Shown piece after piece: positions 39,783-50,219 of a DNA stretch of 64,000 bases. The DNA comes from a bacterium (GTDB lineage Bacteria > UBA8248 > JACPRG01 > G963555815). The stretch's first letter is position 1. Each line of letters opens with the position of its first letter. The notes beneath the pieces are model-generated. The model saw nothing but the letters and a program-made list of their open reading frames with translations, ran no database searches and was not told the origin of the DNA. The position numbers and the translations under genes were made by a program. The stretch lies in assembly GCA_965218795.1 (NCBI GenBank), contig OZ244653.1:1696001-1760000 (forward strand), in the 5' to 3' direction.

Positions 39783-40177
39783 TCATGTCCGCCTCGGTGA
39801 TCCCGTCTTCGAATACGTAGCCCGATCCTTCCAGCGTCCCGGTGCTGGTATAGCACCCGCACGCCTCCAGGTCCTCATCCGGCTCCAGGTTGCGGAGCCA
39901 GTGGGTCGTGTTCCTGGAAATGAAGTGGACGTCACCCGCCTTGACCTCGACTTCCTCGTCCCCCGCGCCCGGATGAAACAGATGACTTCGTCGGAGTTCG
40001 CGTGCCGGTGCTTGAAGCGCCTGGCCCCGGGCTCAAAGACAACCCGCCAGAAGCAGACCTCCTTGGACCCCGTGCGGCTCTCGTCAACGACAAACCGAAT
40101 GTCGATACCGCTCCACCCGTCTTTCAATTCGACGGGGCAGGCTCCACATCGTTGATGTTGATGACGTAATGGGACAT
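39783..40177 (-). pseudogene. Cupin domain protein, frameshifted
   Basis: HRHANSDEVI motif; start and C-terminus (HFISRNTTHWLRN) lie in other frames. Confidence 0.65.
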
Positions 40178-40342
40178 GGAATCCCCCCCCTCCCCTATCC
40201 ATTCAACGTTCATATCAAAAAGGACGAGAAACTTTCGCTCCCGCCCTCAGACCGTAACCCTTTCAATTCCAATGAGTCCATCGACGAACGTGTGTTCTCG
40301 GCAGGTTCGGGAGACTGACAACCAGTTCAAGAGCCAAGCCGT

Positions 40343-41371
40343 TCACCCGACAAGATCGATCACGGCGCGCATGGTCCTCCCCTCGCCGCTCTCAACGTGC
40401 TCAAACCCCCTTTGGACTTCTTCCAGCGGGAAGTGATGGGTGATGGTGGAACGAAGATCGATATGCCCCCCGGCCACCAGCTTGACCGCCATCTCGAAAT
40501 CCTCCGGCAGGCCCGCCCGGCACCCGATGACCGTCAGATCCTTGAAGTAATACTCCTGGACCGGGATGCCATCGACGGCCTTGGGCCCAATCCCGAACTG
40601 CAGGACCGCCCCGGCCGGCCGAACCATTCCGAACGACTGGCGGATGCTTTCGGGCGCGCCCGCCGATTCAATCACGATGTCGGCGCCCCGGCCGTCCGTC
40701 ATGCGAAGGACCTCCTCGACCGGGTCCCGTTCCCTGGCGGGGATGATATCGGTGGCCCCGAGATCCCGGGCCAGATCCAGCTTCCACGGGCTCCGCGCTA
40801 CCGCGATGACCGGGTCGGCGCCGCTGAACCGGGCCAGCTGGGTATGAAGGATGCCCGTGACCCCCTGCCCCAGGACGACAACGCTTTTCCCCGCCGGGCT
40901 CGGGAGCTTGCGCTGGCCGTAAATAACGGTGTACAGAGCGATGAAGTTGGTCCCGGCGTCGAAATCAATCGTGTCGGGGAACTTGTAGGCCAGATTCTCG
41001 TGGACGACGACGTATTCCGCATACGTGCCCGAGACTTCCCGGCCCCTCAGGCCTCCCTTCTCGCAAAGCGGCTCCAGGCCCCGGCGGCAGTAGTAGCATT
41101 TGCCGCAAAAATCGGTGGGGTTGAGAACCACCCGGTCCCCCGTCTGGAACTTGCCGACCCCCGCTCCAACCTCTTCGACGACTCCCGTGGCTTCGTGGCC
41201 GCCTACGATGGGCAGGCGCAGATCGGGCTGCTTCCCGGCCCAGATGGCCAGATCCGTCCCGCAAATCGCGCTGGAGTGGATACGCACCCGGATGTCCTCG
41301 GGACCGGGTTCCGCGGCCTCCCGCTCGCCCAATTCGTAGCGATGGAATTCTTTCAGAATGGCTGCCCGCAT
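40343..41371 (-). CDS. Zn-dependent alcohol/polyol dehydrogenase
   Basis: ICGTD, GHEATG, CGKCYYC...C. Confidence 0.92.
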   Translation of the reverse strand: MRAAILKEFHRYELGEREAAEPGPEDIRVRIHSSAICGTDLAIWAGKQPDLRLPIVGGHEATGVVEEVGAGVGKFQTGDRVVLNPTDFCGKCYYCRRGLEPLCEKGGLRGREVSGTYAEYVVVHENLAYKFPDTIDFDAGTNFIALYTVIYGQRKLPSPAGKSVVVLGQGVTGILHTQLARFSGADPVIAVARSPWKLDLARDLGATDIIPARERDPVEEVLRMTDGRGADIVIESAGAPESIRQSFGMVRPAGAVLQFGIGPKAVDGIPVQEYYFKDLTVIGCRAGLPEDFEMAVKLVAGGHIDLRSTITHHFPLEEVQRGFEHVESGEGRTMRAVIDLVG

Positions 41372-41399
41372 GACGCTTCCCTGAATGTAGACCGAGGGT

Positions 41400-42610
41400 T
41401 TACCCCTTCCCCGCCAGTTCCTTGAATTCGTCCAGCGTGAGAAGCCGGTGGAGCTCCATGCCCTTCTCTTTCACGTCCATGAGGAGGGCCATCCGCTCCT
41501 CGTCCGTCGCCTGAATGCCGAGCCGTTCGAGCAAGATGCCGATCGTGTCGATCCCGCTTCCCTTTCCGATAACGATATCGGGCTCCTTCTGGCCCACCAT
41601 CTCGGCCGTGAACGGCGTCAACTCCAGCTCATTTTCCTTGCCGCAGTTCTTGAACCAGCTGGCGATAATCCCCGACTCGATCTGGTAGAGCAGATCCCCG
41701 ACAATGGCGCGGTTGGTGGGAATCTGAAGCCCCCGATCTCCTTCACCAGGTTGGAAAGCTCGACCATCTTATCCGTCTTGATCCCGATTTCGACGTTGTA
41801 CATGCATTGCAGCGCCATCACCACGTCTTCGTAAGCCGCGTTGCCGGCCCGCTCCCCGATGCCTGTCACGGTGGTGTGGGCAACGGTGCACCCGGAGGCC
41901 AGGCCCAGGATGGTGTTGGCCGGTCCGCACCCGAAATCGTCGTGGAAATGGGTCTCCAAGGGCTTGTCGACGCGCTCCCGGATTTTCTTGATCAGATAAG
42001 GGATGGCGTGCGGGCTGGTCCCGCCGAAGGTGTCCACCACCGCCAGAGCGTCCATATGCCCTTCGTCGGCCACCCGCACGACCATGTCGAGAAGCCAGTC
42101 GAGGTCGGCGCGGGTCGCGTCGATGGGGAACCACACGGTGTACAGTCCGGCCTCCTTGGCCGCCTGGGTTGCCGTGATGGAGAGGTCGATCGCCCGCTCG
42201 GGCTCCCACCGATAGGCATACTGGATGATATGCTGGCTGGAGGGGATCTCAACGACGACGCCCTTCACCCCGCAGTCCGCGGCCCGCTTGACGTCGTCCA
42301 CCATGCACCGGGAGAAGGCGAAGATCTCGCACGGCAGGTCCATCTTGACGATGTCCCGGATGGCCTGCTCGTCCTGTTTGGAGACCACCGGCATGCCGGC
42401 TTCGATCCGGTGGATCCCCGCCTCGGCCATCTTCTCGGCAATTCGGACCTTGTCGTCGCGCGTGAAGACGAGCCCGCATTGCTGCTCGCCGTCGCGCAGC
42501 GTGACATCGTGGATCTTGATGTCCTTGGGGAAATCCAGTCCCGCCGTCACTTCGTCGGCAAAGTTCAGAGGGCTGGTGAACCATTGATCGGACTTCCAGG
42601 GCGTGGACAT
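41400..42610 (-). CDS. HMGL-like / homocitrate-isopropylmalate synthase family (frameshift in G5 run at 41730-41734)
   Basis: DVTLRDGEQQ, HFHDDFG, GIGERAGN; adding one G joins the two ORFs via PTNRAIVG...IESGI. Confidence 0.85.
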
Positions 42611-42995
42611 GCTTGGGCGCTCCTTCCGAAAAGAAATTCAGGGCAGGCTCCAACGGCCCTGCCTCCCCGCAGGTTTGATCTTGATGCCATTCCAGCGTTT
42701 CAGGAATGCATGAGAAAGCGAAACTTTCGGAGGTTCTATTATAGAAGGGAGGGCGCGCCGCGGACAAGAGCGAAGGGGGTCTTCATCCGGCTGAAGGCCG
42801 GCAGGGTCTGACGTTGCTCAGTCGATGGATGAAGCCTCGAAATCAGCGATTGAAAAAGTTTAGTATCCTGCTGTATATTTTTCATGTCTACCGATAGGGC
42901 GCGTCTCCATCGCCCCGGTGAGCCTCCTGGTTCAGCGGGCTTTCTCCGGATGATCATGGACCCTGCAAACCTCCCGCTGAGCACCCGTATCCGCC

Positions 42996-43305
42996 TTGTT
43001 CCAATGGGACAAGGCGTTGGAAAAAAGAATGGCGGCCGCTCCAAAAGCCGAGGCAATCGGCCTGTTCGGTCCAACCGAATCCGACCCGATTGAGGTCTCG
43101 CCGATTCCGGCGGTCAACGTCGCCTCGGTGCCTCAGCGCAGTCCTCTCCGGTATCCCGGGGGGAAGACGTGGCTGATTCCCCATATCCGGGTTTGGCTGG
43201 AAAGGATCCATCCTGCGCCTCGGCTTCTCATCGAACCCTTCGCCGGCGGCGGGATCGTTTCGCTGACCGCCGTGATGGAGGGATTGGTCGATCGGTGCCT
43301 GATGG
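42996..43305 (+). pseudogene. Dam/D12-class DNA adenine methylase, truncated
   Basis: VNVASVPQRSPLRYPGGKTW...IEPFAGGG; no DPPY half. Confidence 0.8.
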
Positions 43306-43374
43306 CCTTTGAATCAGCATCGTGTTCTAGGAGAGAAACCTGCATGGAGTCGTGGAAGCCGACAGAGGAACATC

Positions 43375-43605
43375 ATGATAAGACGAATCAAATCACTAAA
43401 CGGCGTTATGACGAGTGTTTCTCTTGATGAGTCAGGCTTTGCGACCGTGAGCGTGACCCATTCCGGTTGCGGCGACAATTCTTCGTATGCTTTCTCCCCC
43501 CTGCAAGCAGAGAGTGAGGATTTCGAGTGTAGCCACTGCGGGGATGTGCTGCTGAGGTTCACAGCGGAAGAAGGCGAAGAGGTGCCCGATGCGTCGGGAC
43601 TGTGA
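43375..43605 (+). CDS. Small zinc-ribbon-like protein
   Basis: GAGGA RBS; HSGC...CSHC; acidic. Confidence 0.45.
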   Translation: MIRRIKSLNGVMTSVSLDESGFATVSVTHSGCGDNSSYAFSPLQAESEDFECSHCGDVLLRFTAEEGEEVPDASGL

Positions 43606-44139
43606 TATGCGAAATGTCACTACCCGGTCGAGCAAATGCCCGGGGCACGTACACTCTAGATTCCTTGAGCCGCAACGAAGTTGACAAATGAGTCAAGTTT
43701 CAGGCAAACAGCAAGCAGCTACATGCTCGTCGGTCTGAGGCGAAGCCTCGCTAGGTATGATCCAACTCCTCAGCCGATCTTGGCGGAACGACCTCGCGGG
43801 GATCGCCTCGGCTGCCAGCAAGTCTGTCGTCATTGGAGTTGACCCGTTTTCGTGGACACCTTCAGAGTGTGCGCAGGAGGTGTTCAGATGCGAAAGACTC
43901 ATTCGCCCTACGCGCCGGAGTAGCGGCGCCAGATGGTCGAGTTGGTTCGCTCGGGCCGTACGCCCGGGGAGCTGGCCCGGGAGTTCGAGTGTTCTGCTTC
44001 GGTGATTCGCAACTGGGTGCGCCAGGCCGACCGCGACGAGGGCCGTCGTGAGGACGGTCTGACAAGTACGGAGCTCGAGGAGCTGCGGCGGCTTCGTCGA
44101 GAGGTCCGTCAGCTTCGCGAAGAGCGGGAGATCCTAAAA

Positions 44140-45748
44140 AACGGGACAAGACGGCGTCTTCCTGGACGAATGGAAACTTGGTGGGCAGCGTAGAATGTGC
44201 GATGTCCGGGGGGAGCAACCGTCAGCTTTTTGGAGGATCATGACCCCGCAAAAAACGTGGTTCAGGGACTGCTGCGGACTTGACTGTGGCGCCGTCGATC
44301 GACGAGCCCGATTAGGAAAATGATGGGAACCGCCGTCCCGCCTCTCGGACATCTCCCAACATGATTAAGGAGAGGGACCCATGGCGAGTACAAAGCGCAG
44401 GACGAAACGTTCTTCCCGAGGCATGACGGTGGTCCATCCCAATGCGGCGGGGGTGGACATTGGGTCGCGAATCCATGTGGCCGCGGTGGGATCGAAGGGT
44501 ACTGACGAGCCCGTACGCACCTTCAAGACCTTTACCAACGACCTGCAGCGTCTTGCCGACTGGTTCGAAGAGGCTGGGGTCGAGACGGTCGCGATGGAGT
44601 CCACGGGCGTTTACTGGATCCCGTTGTTCGAGATCCTTCAAGAGCATGGATTGGAAGTGATCGTGGTGAACGCTCGGGAGGTGAAGACGGTTCCGGGACG
44701 CAAGAGTGACGTGAACGATGCGCAGTGGCTGCAGCAGCTGCACCAGTACGGTTTGTTGCGAGCCAGTTTTCGCCCCACTCGCGGGATCGCAGAGTTGCGG
44801 TCTTACCTGAGACAGCGCGAGCGCCTCCTGGACTATGCAGCGGCGCACATTCAACACATGCAAAAGGCGCTGACCCAGATGAATGTTCAGCTTCACCATG
44901 TTGTGTCCGACATCACGGGGGTGACGGGGCTGCGGATGATTCGGGCGATCGCGTCGGGGGTCGTCGACCCCGACTTACTCGCGGCATGGCGCGACAGCCG
45001 TTGTAAATCCTCACGCGAGACGATCCGTGAAGCGCTTGTCGGGCATTACCAACGCGAGCACGTCTTTGCGCTGAGACAGGCCCTGGAGCTGTACGATGTG
45101 TATCAAGCACAAGTGGCTCGCTGCGACCAGGAAATCGAGGCGGTCCTGGGTCGCCTCAGTGATGGCGTCGATGAGCCGTCGGCGGCGCTGCCCGCGCCTC
45201 GGCACAAGGCGCGTCAGCCCAACGGATTGAACTTCGACGTACGAGGCGCCCTGTATGCGTTGCTCGGCGTAGACCTGACCCAGATTCACGGAGTCGGCCC
45301 CTACCTTGCGCTGAAGATCATCGCCGAATGTGGGACGGATATGTCTCGATGGCCGAGCGCGAAGCACTTCACGTCGTGGCTTGCATTGGCGCCGGCGAAC
45401 AAGATCTCCGGTGGACGCGTTCTGGCCTCGAGAACGCGCCGTACGTCGAATCGGGCCGCTGCGGTGCTGCGTCTGGCGGCGGTGGCGGTGGGCAGGACCG
45501 AGACCGCGCTCGGAGCGTTCTATCGTCGATTGTCGGCGCGGATCGGCAAGGCCAAGGCGGTGACTGCCACCGCCCGAAAGATTGCGGTCCTGCTATACAA
45601 CACGCTGCGATATGGGCAGAAGTATGTGGATCCCGGCGCTTCATACTATGAAGAGCGTTATCGTCAGCGTGTGGTGAAGAATCTTCGCCGACGGGCCGCT
45701 TCTCTGGGGTATGTTCTGCAGGAGGGTGCGGAGGCAGTTTCTTAGGAA
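44140..45748 (+). mobile_element. IS110-family element with ~240-nt 5' non-coding end
   Basis: No TIR/TSD; excision restores the IS3 orfA frame; exact junction ambiguous by a few bases. Confidence 0.85.
44381..45745 (+). CDS. IS110 recombinase/transposase
   Basis: GVDIGS, MESTGVYW, RKSDVNDA, KISGG catalytic Ser, ATARKIA. Confidence 0.95.
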   Translation: MASTKRRTKRSSRGMTVVHPNAAGVDIGSRIHVAAVGSKGTDEPVRTFKTFTNDLQRLADWFEEAGVETVAMESTGVYWIPLFEILQEHGLEVIVVNAREVKTVPGRKSDVNDAQWLQQLHQYGLLRASFRPTRGIAELRSYLRQRERLLDYAAAHIQHMQKALTQMNVQLHHVVSDITGVTGLRMIRAIASGVVDPDLLAAWRDSRCKSSRETIREALVGHYQREHVFALRQALELYDVYQAQVARCDQEIEAVLGRLSDGVDEPSAALPAPRHKARQPNGLNFDVRGALYALLGVDLTQIHGVGPYLALKIIAECGTDMSRWPSAKHFTSWLALAPANKISGGRVLASRTRRTSNRAAAVLRLAAVAVGRTETALGAFYRRLSARIGKAKAVTATARKIAVLLYNTLRYGQKYVDPGASYYEERYRQRVVKNLRRRAASLGYVLQEGAEAVS

Positions 45749-45805
45749 AGCCGCGGTCTGGTTCGCACGGGAGACCGGCTCGGTGCCGGGGAGGTCTTCG
45801 GGCTC

Positions 45806-46846
45806 GTGAAGGCGAACCAGGCCTGTCATCGGGTGGCCACGATGTGCCGGGTGCTGGGTGTCTCCTCCAGCGGGTACTACACGTGGCGAAGCCGTGGGCG
45901 TTCCAATCGTGCGAAGCACGACGAGGCGTTGGGGGGCACGATCCGGGCCATCCACGAGGCATCTGGCGGCACCTACGGGGCGCCTCGGATGCATGCCGAG
46001 TTGACGGCCAACGGGCGTCGGGTGAGCCGCAAACGGGTAGCTCGTCTGATGCGCGAGGCGGGCTTGGCCGGGGTGAGCCGGCGCCGGGGCACGCGCACCA
46101 CGCGTCTGGACCCGAGTCATCGTGCGGTCCCGGACCGGGTCGAACGCCAGTTCCAGGCCGATGGGCCGGACCGAATCTGGGTGGCCGACATCACCTACGT
46201 GCCGACCTGGGCGGGGTTCGTGTACCTGGCCATCGTGCTCGACGTGTTCAGCCGCCGGATCGTAGGGTGGTGCATGGCCCATCATCTTCGCACCGAGCTG
46301 GTGCTCGGGGCGCTCAACATGGCGCTGGGACAGCGCCGGCCCTATGGGGTCGTGCATCATTCGGACCGGGGAACGCAGTACACTTCGCTCGCCTTCGGCA
46401 AGCGGTGCCGGGAGATGGGGGTGCTTCCCTCGACCGGGTCGGCCGGCGACTGCTATGACAACGCCATGGCCGAGAGCTTTTTCGCCACGCTGGAGTGCGA
46501 GCTCATCGACCGGCGTTCGTTCCGTACCCAGGCCGAGGCGCGCATGGCGATCTTCCAATTCATCGAAGGCTGGTACAACCCACGCCGCCGGCACTCCGCC
46601 CTGGGTTACCTCAGCCCCAACGACTACGAACGCGACGCGGCGAAGGCAACGCCGGGTGCAGTGCGCAACGTTCATCGTCCGGCCCGAGGGGTGCCCGGTG
46701 CTTGCTGGAGCGGAGAGCCAAAGGGAAAGATATCCCCTCCAGCGATATCCTATCCACCGATCTTGGGGAAGACTTTACGTCCACCGGCTGTCGCCCAACT
46801 CAGGGCTGGAGGTGACAGCCATAAACTGTCCACTGAAACGGGGTAA
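45806..46846 (+). CDS. IS3 transposase OrfB
   Basis: YGAPRM and DDE motifs. Confidence 0.9.
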   Translation: MKANQACHRVATMCRVLGVSSSGYYTWRSRGRSNRAKHDEALGGTIRAIHEASGGTYGAPRMHAELTANGRRVSRKRVARLMREAGLAGVSRRRGTRTTRLDPSHRAVPDRVERQFQADGPDRIWVADITYVPTWAGFVYLAIVLDVFSRRIVGWCMAHHLRTELVLGALNMALGQRRPYGVVHHSDRGTQYTSLAFGKRCREMGVLPSTGSAGDCYDNAMAESFFATLECELIDRRSFRTQAEARMAIFQFIEGWYNPRRRHSALGYLSPNDYERDAAKATPGAVRNVHRPARGVPGACWSGEPKGKISPPAISYPPILGKTLRPPAVAQLRAGGDSHKLSTETG

Positions 46847-47594
46847 CTCCACATCGCCGCGCCGTACATCAAATACGACGAAGCAGCGTGGTTCTGCAAG
46901 CTGCTGCACTCAGGTATCGAGGTCATAACGCTCGTGAATATCAATGTGGAGGCTGTCAGCGCATCGGCATTGGACTTGGCTGCCCTGCGTTGCCTCGCCG
47001 AAGTGTCCTCCTCCGCGAAGCTCATCGCACTGTCGAACCTCCACGCGAAAGTGTTTATCGCCGACGAAAAGGCGGCGATCGTGACATCGGGCAACCTGAC
47101 GCGGTCAGCACTCGATAGCAATCTCGAATACGGCGTGTTGCTCCGAGAAACCGGCTTGGTTCAAGCGGTACGTAAGGACATGCTCTCGTTCGCTCGCCTC
47201 GGAAGCCAAGTGGATGCGAACACTGTTGCTAAGCTCGCTCCCCTGGAGGCCGAGCTTCGCCAAGCGCAGGCCAACATCGCAAGCAGCGCGACACCAACCG
47301 CAAAGCGCAGATTCGCCGAGGTTATGCGGCAGGCGAGGCCTGCATTCGCTTCCGCTCAGGTGGGCAACCGAAGCGCGCACGCCGTGTTCGGTGAAGCGAT
47401 TCAGTTCATATTGGCCCGCGGACCACAAACCACAAAAGCAATCCAGCAAGAGGTGAGCCAACTCATGCCAACTCTCTGCGACGACCGCGAATATTTCCTC
47501 ATCAAAGGCGAGCGTTACGGCAAGGCTTGGAAGCGACGGTTTCGCCACGCACAACTGCACCTCAGGCGAAAGGGTGTCGTCACCTACAACGCTA

Positions 47595-48698
47595 GTGTAG
47601 TGTAACAACCATTTATAGACTATAATAATTGCGCTCACAGTAAGGAGGAGCGCGATGGAACTGACCGCCTATGAACGAGCCGAACTGTTGCGGCGAGCAA
47701 GAAGTCGAACCGGCCGAGCAGAAGATGCGCGCCGGGCACGGGTGATTGTGATGCTGGCAGACGGATACACCTGGGACCAAGTCTGCGACCGACTCGAATG
47801 CAGTCGGGGTTTCGTGGCCAGTTGGAGCAGGCGCTTCGCGGAGCAGCGACTTGCGGGCCTGTACAGCCGCCATCAGGGTCAGGCCGCACGGCGGCTGACC
47901 CCAAAGCTCGAGGCGCGGATTCTGAACGCGACGCGCAAGCCGCCCACCGATGGAACGACGCATTGGAGCACACGCCGCCTGGGGGCTAGGCTGGGCGTCT
48001 CGCACATGATGGTTGCGCGCGTGTGGGCCAAGCACGGGCTGAAGCCGCATCGGCTGGATCGCTACATGGCGTCGAGCGACCCGGACTTCGAGGCGAAGGC
48101 GGCGGACATTATCGGCCTCTATTTGAACCCACCGCAGCATGCCGCGGTGTTTTGTGTGGACGAAAAGACGGCGATCCAGGCCCTGGATCGGACCGTGCCG
48201 GTTTTGCCGCTCTCCCCGGGCCGCGCCGAGCGCCATGGTTTCGAGTACCGCCGCCATGGCACGCTGTCGCTGTACGCCGCCTTCAATACCCAGACGGGCG
48301 AAGTGCTGGGCAAGACCGCCGAACGCCACACCTCGGCGCAGTTTGTTGCCTTTCTGGCGGACTTGGTGGCAACTCAGCCCCGCGACAAGGATATCCATGT
48401 CATCGCCGACAATCTCACCGCCCACAAGACCCCGCAGGTCCGGCGCTTCCTTGACCAACACCCCACCGTGCACATGCACTTCACGCCCACCTACTCGTCC
48501 TGGCTCAACCAAGTCGAGTTGTGGTTCGGCAAAATCCAACGCCACGTCATCTCGCGCGGCATCTTCACCTCCGTAAAAGACCTCAACCGAAAGCTGATGC
48601 GCTATATCAAGCTCTATAACAAAGCTCCCAAAACCGTGAAGTGGAAATACCATGACCCAAGGCGACGCCTTGGGTCAAAATCAGTTGGTACAGGCCAC
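47595..48698 (+). mobile_element. IS630-family element (transposase 47655-48701)
   Basis: CTAG at both junctions (TA duplication); HWSTR, VDEKT, DNLTAHK, PTYSSWLNQVE. Confidence 0.92.
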
Positions 48699-48739
48699 TA
48701 GTCGAAGACCTGGAGCCTAACACGCCCCTGAACATACCC

Positions 48740-49399
48740 ATGCCCTGTGGGAGCCATACCTTGCCGAGATCGCCGGTTTTTTACCGGACGAAGGCGATGG
48801 TGGCCCGCGAGGTGCCTTTCATGCGGGGGACGGGCACGGACAGGCCGGCGGGAAAAATCGATCTTGTTGTCGCCAAGATGTCCAGCGGCGGACTGCAATG
48901 GTATGGGTTGGAAGTCCAGGCCGTGTACTTTTCGGGCCAGGGCATGGAATCCGAGTTCGTGAGCATGCGGGATGATGATCATCGAAAACCCCCGTTTCCG
49001 AATGCAGTTCGCCGCCCGGATTGGCGCTCTTCGAGCGCGAAACGCCTTATGCCGCAATTGCAGGTCAAGGTCCCAACTCTTCGGCGCTGGGGATCGAAGA
49101 TGGCCGTTGCGGTGGATCGCCCATTCTTCCAGTCGATCGGAGGCCCCAGCCCCGCCCCAAGTCGCGACCTGAACGACGGCGACATCATCTGGCTGGTTCC
49201 AGGACTCTCGCGCAACAACGAGGGGCGCTATCAGCTCTCGCGAGAGCATTGGGAAGTTCTGACCTTGGAGGAATCCAGCAAAAAGCTCCTTGCCGCCGAA
49301 ACCGTTCAGCGTAAGACGTTCGAACAAGCGCTTCGAAACAAACTCGAACCGCTTGATCAGGCTTGCAGATTCTACAATCGCCAAAGGACGTATTTTTAG
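48740..49399 (+). pseudogene. NotI-family restriction endonuclease, N-terminally truncated
   Basis: GKIDLV, LEVQAVYFSG, RPDWRSSSAKRLMPQL..K. Confidence 0.75.
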
Positions 49400-49485
49400 G
49401 GAAACCCTGATGAATGTCATTCCCGCCCCCGATCGGGTCGAGGGCAGGCTGTGGCGGGAACCCATAACGCTCGGAAATTATACCC

Positions 49486-49540
49486 TTGACGAAACAGTCC
49501 ACTACATGTTGTGTTTAGGGTCAACCACAACATGTAGTGG
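49486..49540 (+). promoter_or_regulatory. Promoter with two NrdR-like boxes
   Basis: TTGACG then CCACTACATGTTGTGT (49499-49514) and CCACAACATGTAGTGG (49525-49540). Confidence 0.6.
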
Positions 49541-49544
49541 TCTC

Positions 49545-50219
49545 TCAACCTTCGGGAATTAATGGCAAGTCGATTTCCCGAACCCGCCAAGGTGCCTTGG
49601 CCCACAGTTTCTGATAGCTCAACCGAACTCTGAAATCCTCTCCCAATGTTGGTGCGTTTCGGCCCGCCAGCCAGATCGTGTCATCTACGGTTGGATTGTA
49701 TACGTCTTGCAACAGACCATTTGGAATGCAAGCCACGATTATTTTGCACAGTCTTTGTCCGTTTTCTATTTCCTCGTATACATACTTGGCGACTACGGTG
49801 ACTACTTGGTAGATTCGGTTACCGCGCTGTATTGTCTGATTCAACCTACCGGGTTCGTCCAGTTCCTCTCCCGAGCGCCGCATTCTGACTCGCATCGACG
49901 TTTGAGACATCTGTATCGTTGCGGTGCGATCATCGTTTCGCTTTTCCGCCTTGGCATCCAACATGAGAGCAACGGGTATCGATTCGGGCAGAAAGGCATA
50001 GATGGCCTTTTTGACATCAACCTTGCCGTAGAGACGGTCATGGATTCCTGAGACACCCATAGCCTCTATTGCTTCCCGCGTGACGTCCTCAGCTATGTCC
50101 TGCGGGAGATCCGCTTCTTCCTGGAAGATCGTTACTGCTTCATCCCGATAATCGGTCAACGCTTGAACAACCAGTGACATCACGGCTTGTTCCAATCGTT
50201 CGATCTCGTCAGGCTTCAT
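49545..50219 (-). CDS. SfiI-family type II restriction endonuclease
   Basis: VQAL..Y, AEDVT, LDAKAE, YNP, AG.NAP..GE..RVR, PWR align by eye with SfiI. Confidence 0.8.
   Translation of the reverse strand: MKPDEIERLEQAVMSLVVQALTDYRDEAVTIFQEEADLPQDIAEDVTREAIEAMGVSGIHDRLYGKVDVKKAIYAFLPESIPVALMLDAKAEKRNDDRTATIQMSQTSMRVRMRRSGEELDEPGRLNQTIQRGNRIYQVVTVVAKYVYEEIENGQRLCKIIVACIPNGLLQDVYNPTVDDTIWLAGRNAPTLGEDFRVRLSYQKLWAKAPWRVREIDLPLIPEG

Larger units (their letters stand above)
43834..46851 (+). mobile_element. IS3-family element (orfA 43888 onward with TAG at 43921; orfB 45806-46846), interrupted by IS110
   Basis: IRL TGGAGTTGACCCGTTTTCGTGGACA, matching IRR; 3-bp TSD CAT (43831-33/46852-54); WVADITY, HSDRGTQY, DNAMAESFF. 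Confidence 0.92.
43757..47605 (+). pseudogene. PLD (HKD) nuclease + C-terminal winged helix, split by IS3 and clipped by IS630
   Basis: Removing the IS3 restores KSVVIAAPYIK in frame; LHAKVFIAD...TSGNLT...NLEYG. Confidence 0.8.

Noticed and set aside
43032-43039. NotI site GCGGCCGC within the MTase remnant as a regulatory site
   Set aside because: The site also occurs elsewhere in this GC-rich window, and the specificity of the NotI-like enzyme is unknown
44134-45742. CT core for the IS110 insertion (restoring EILRKA)
   Set aside because: Also in frame, but disfavoured: the AA-core model restores the canonical IS3 A-run and gives donor-guide matches in the expected orientation; not fully excluded
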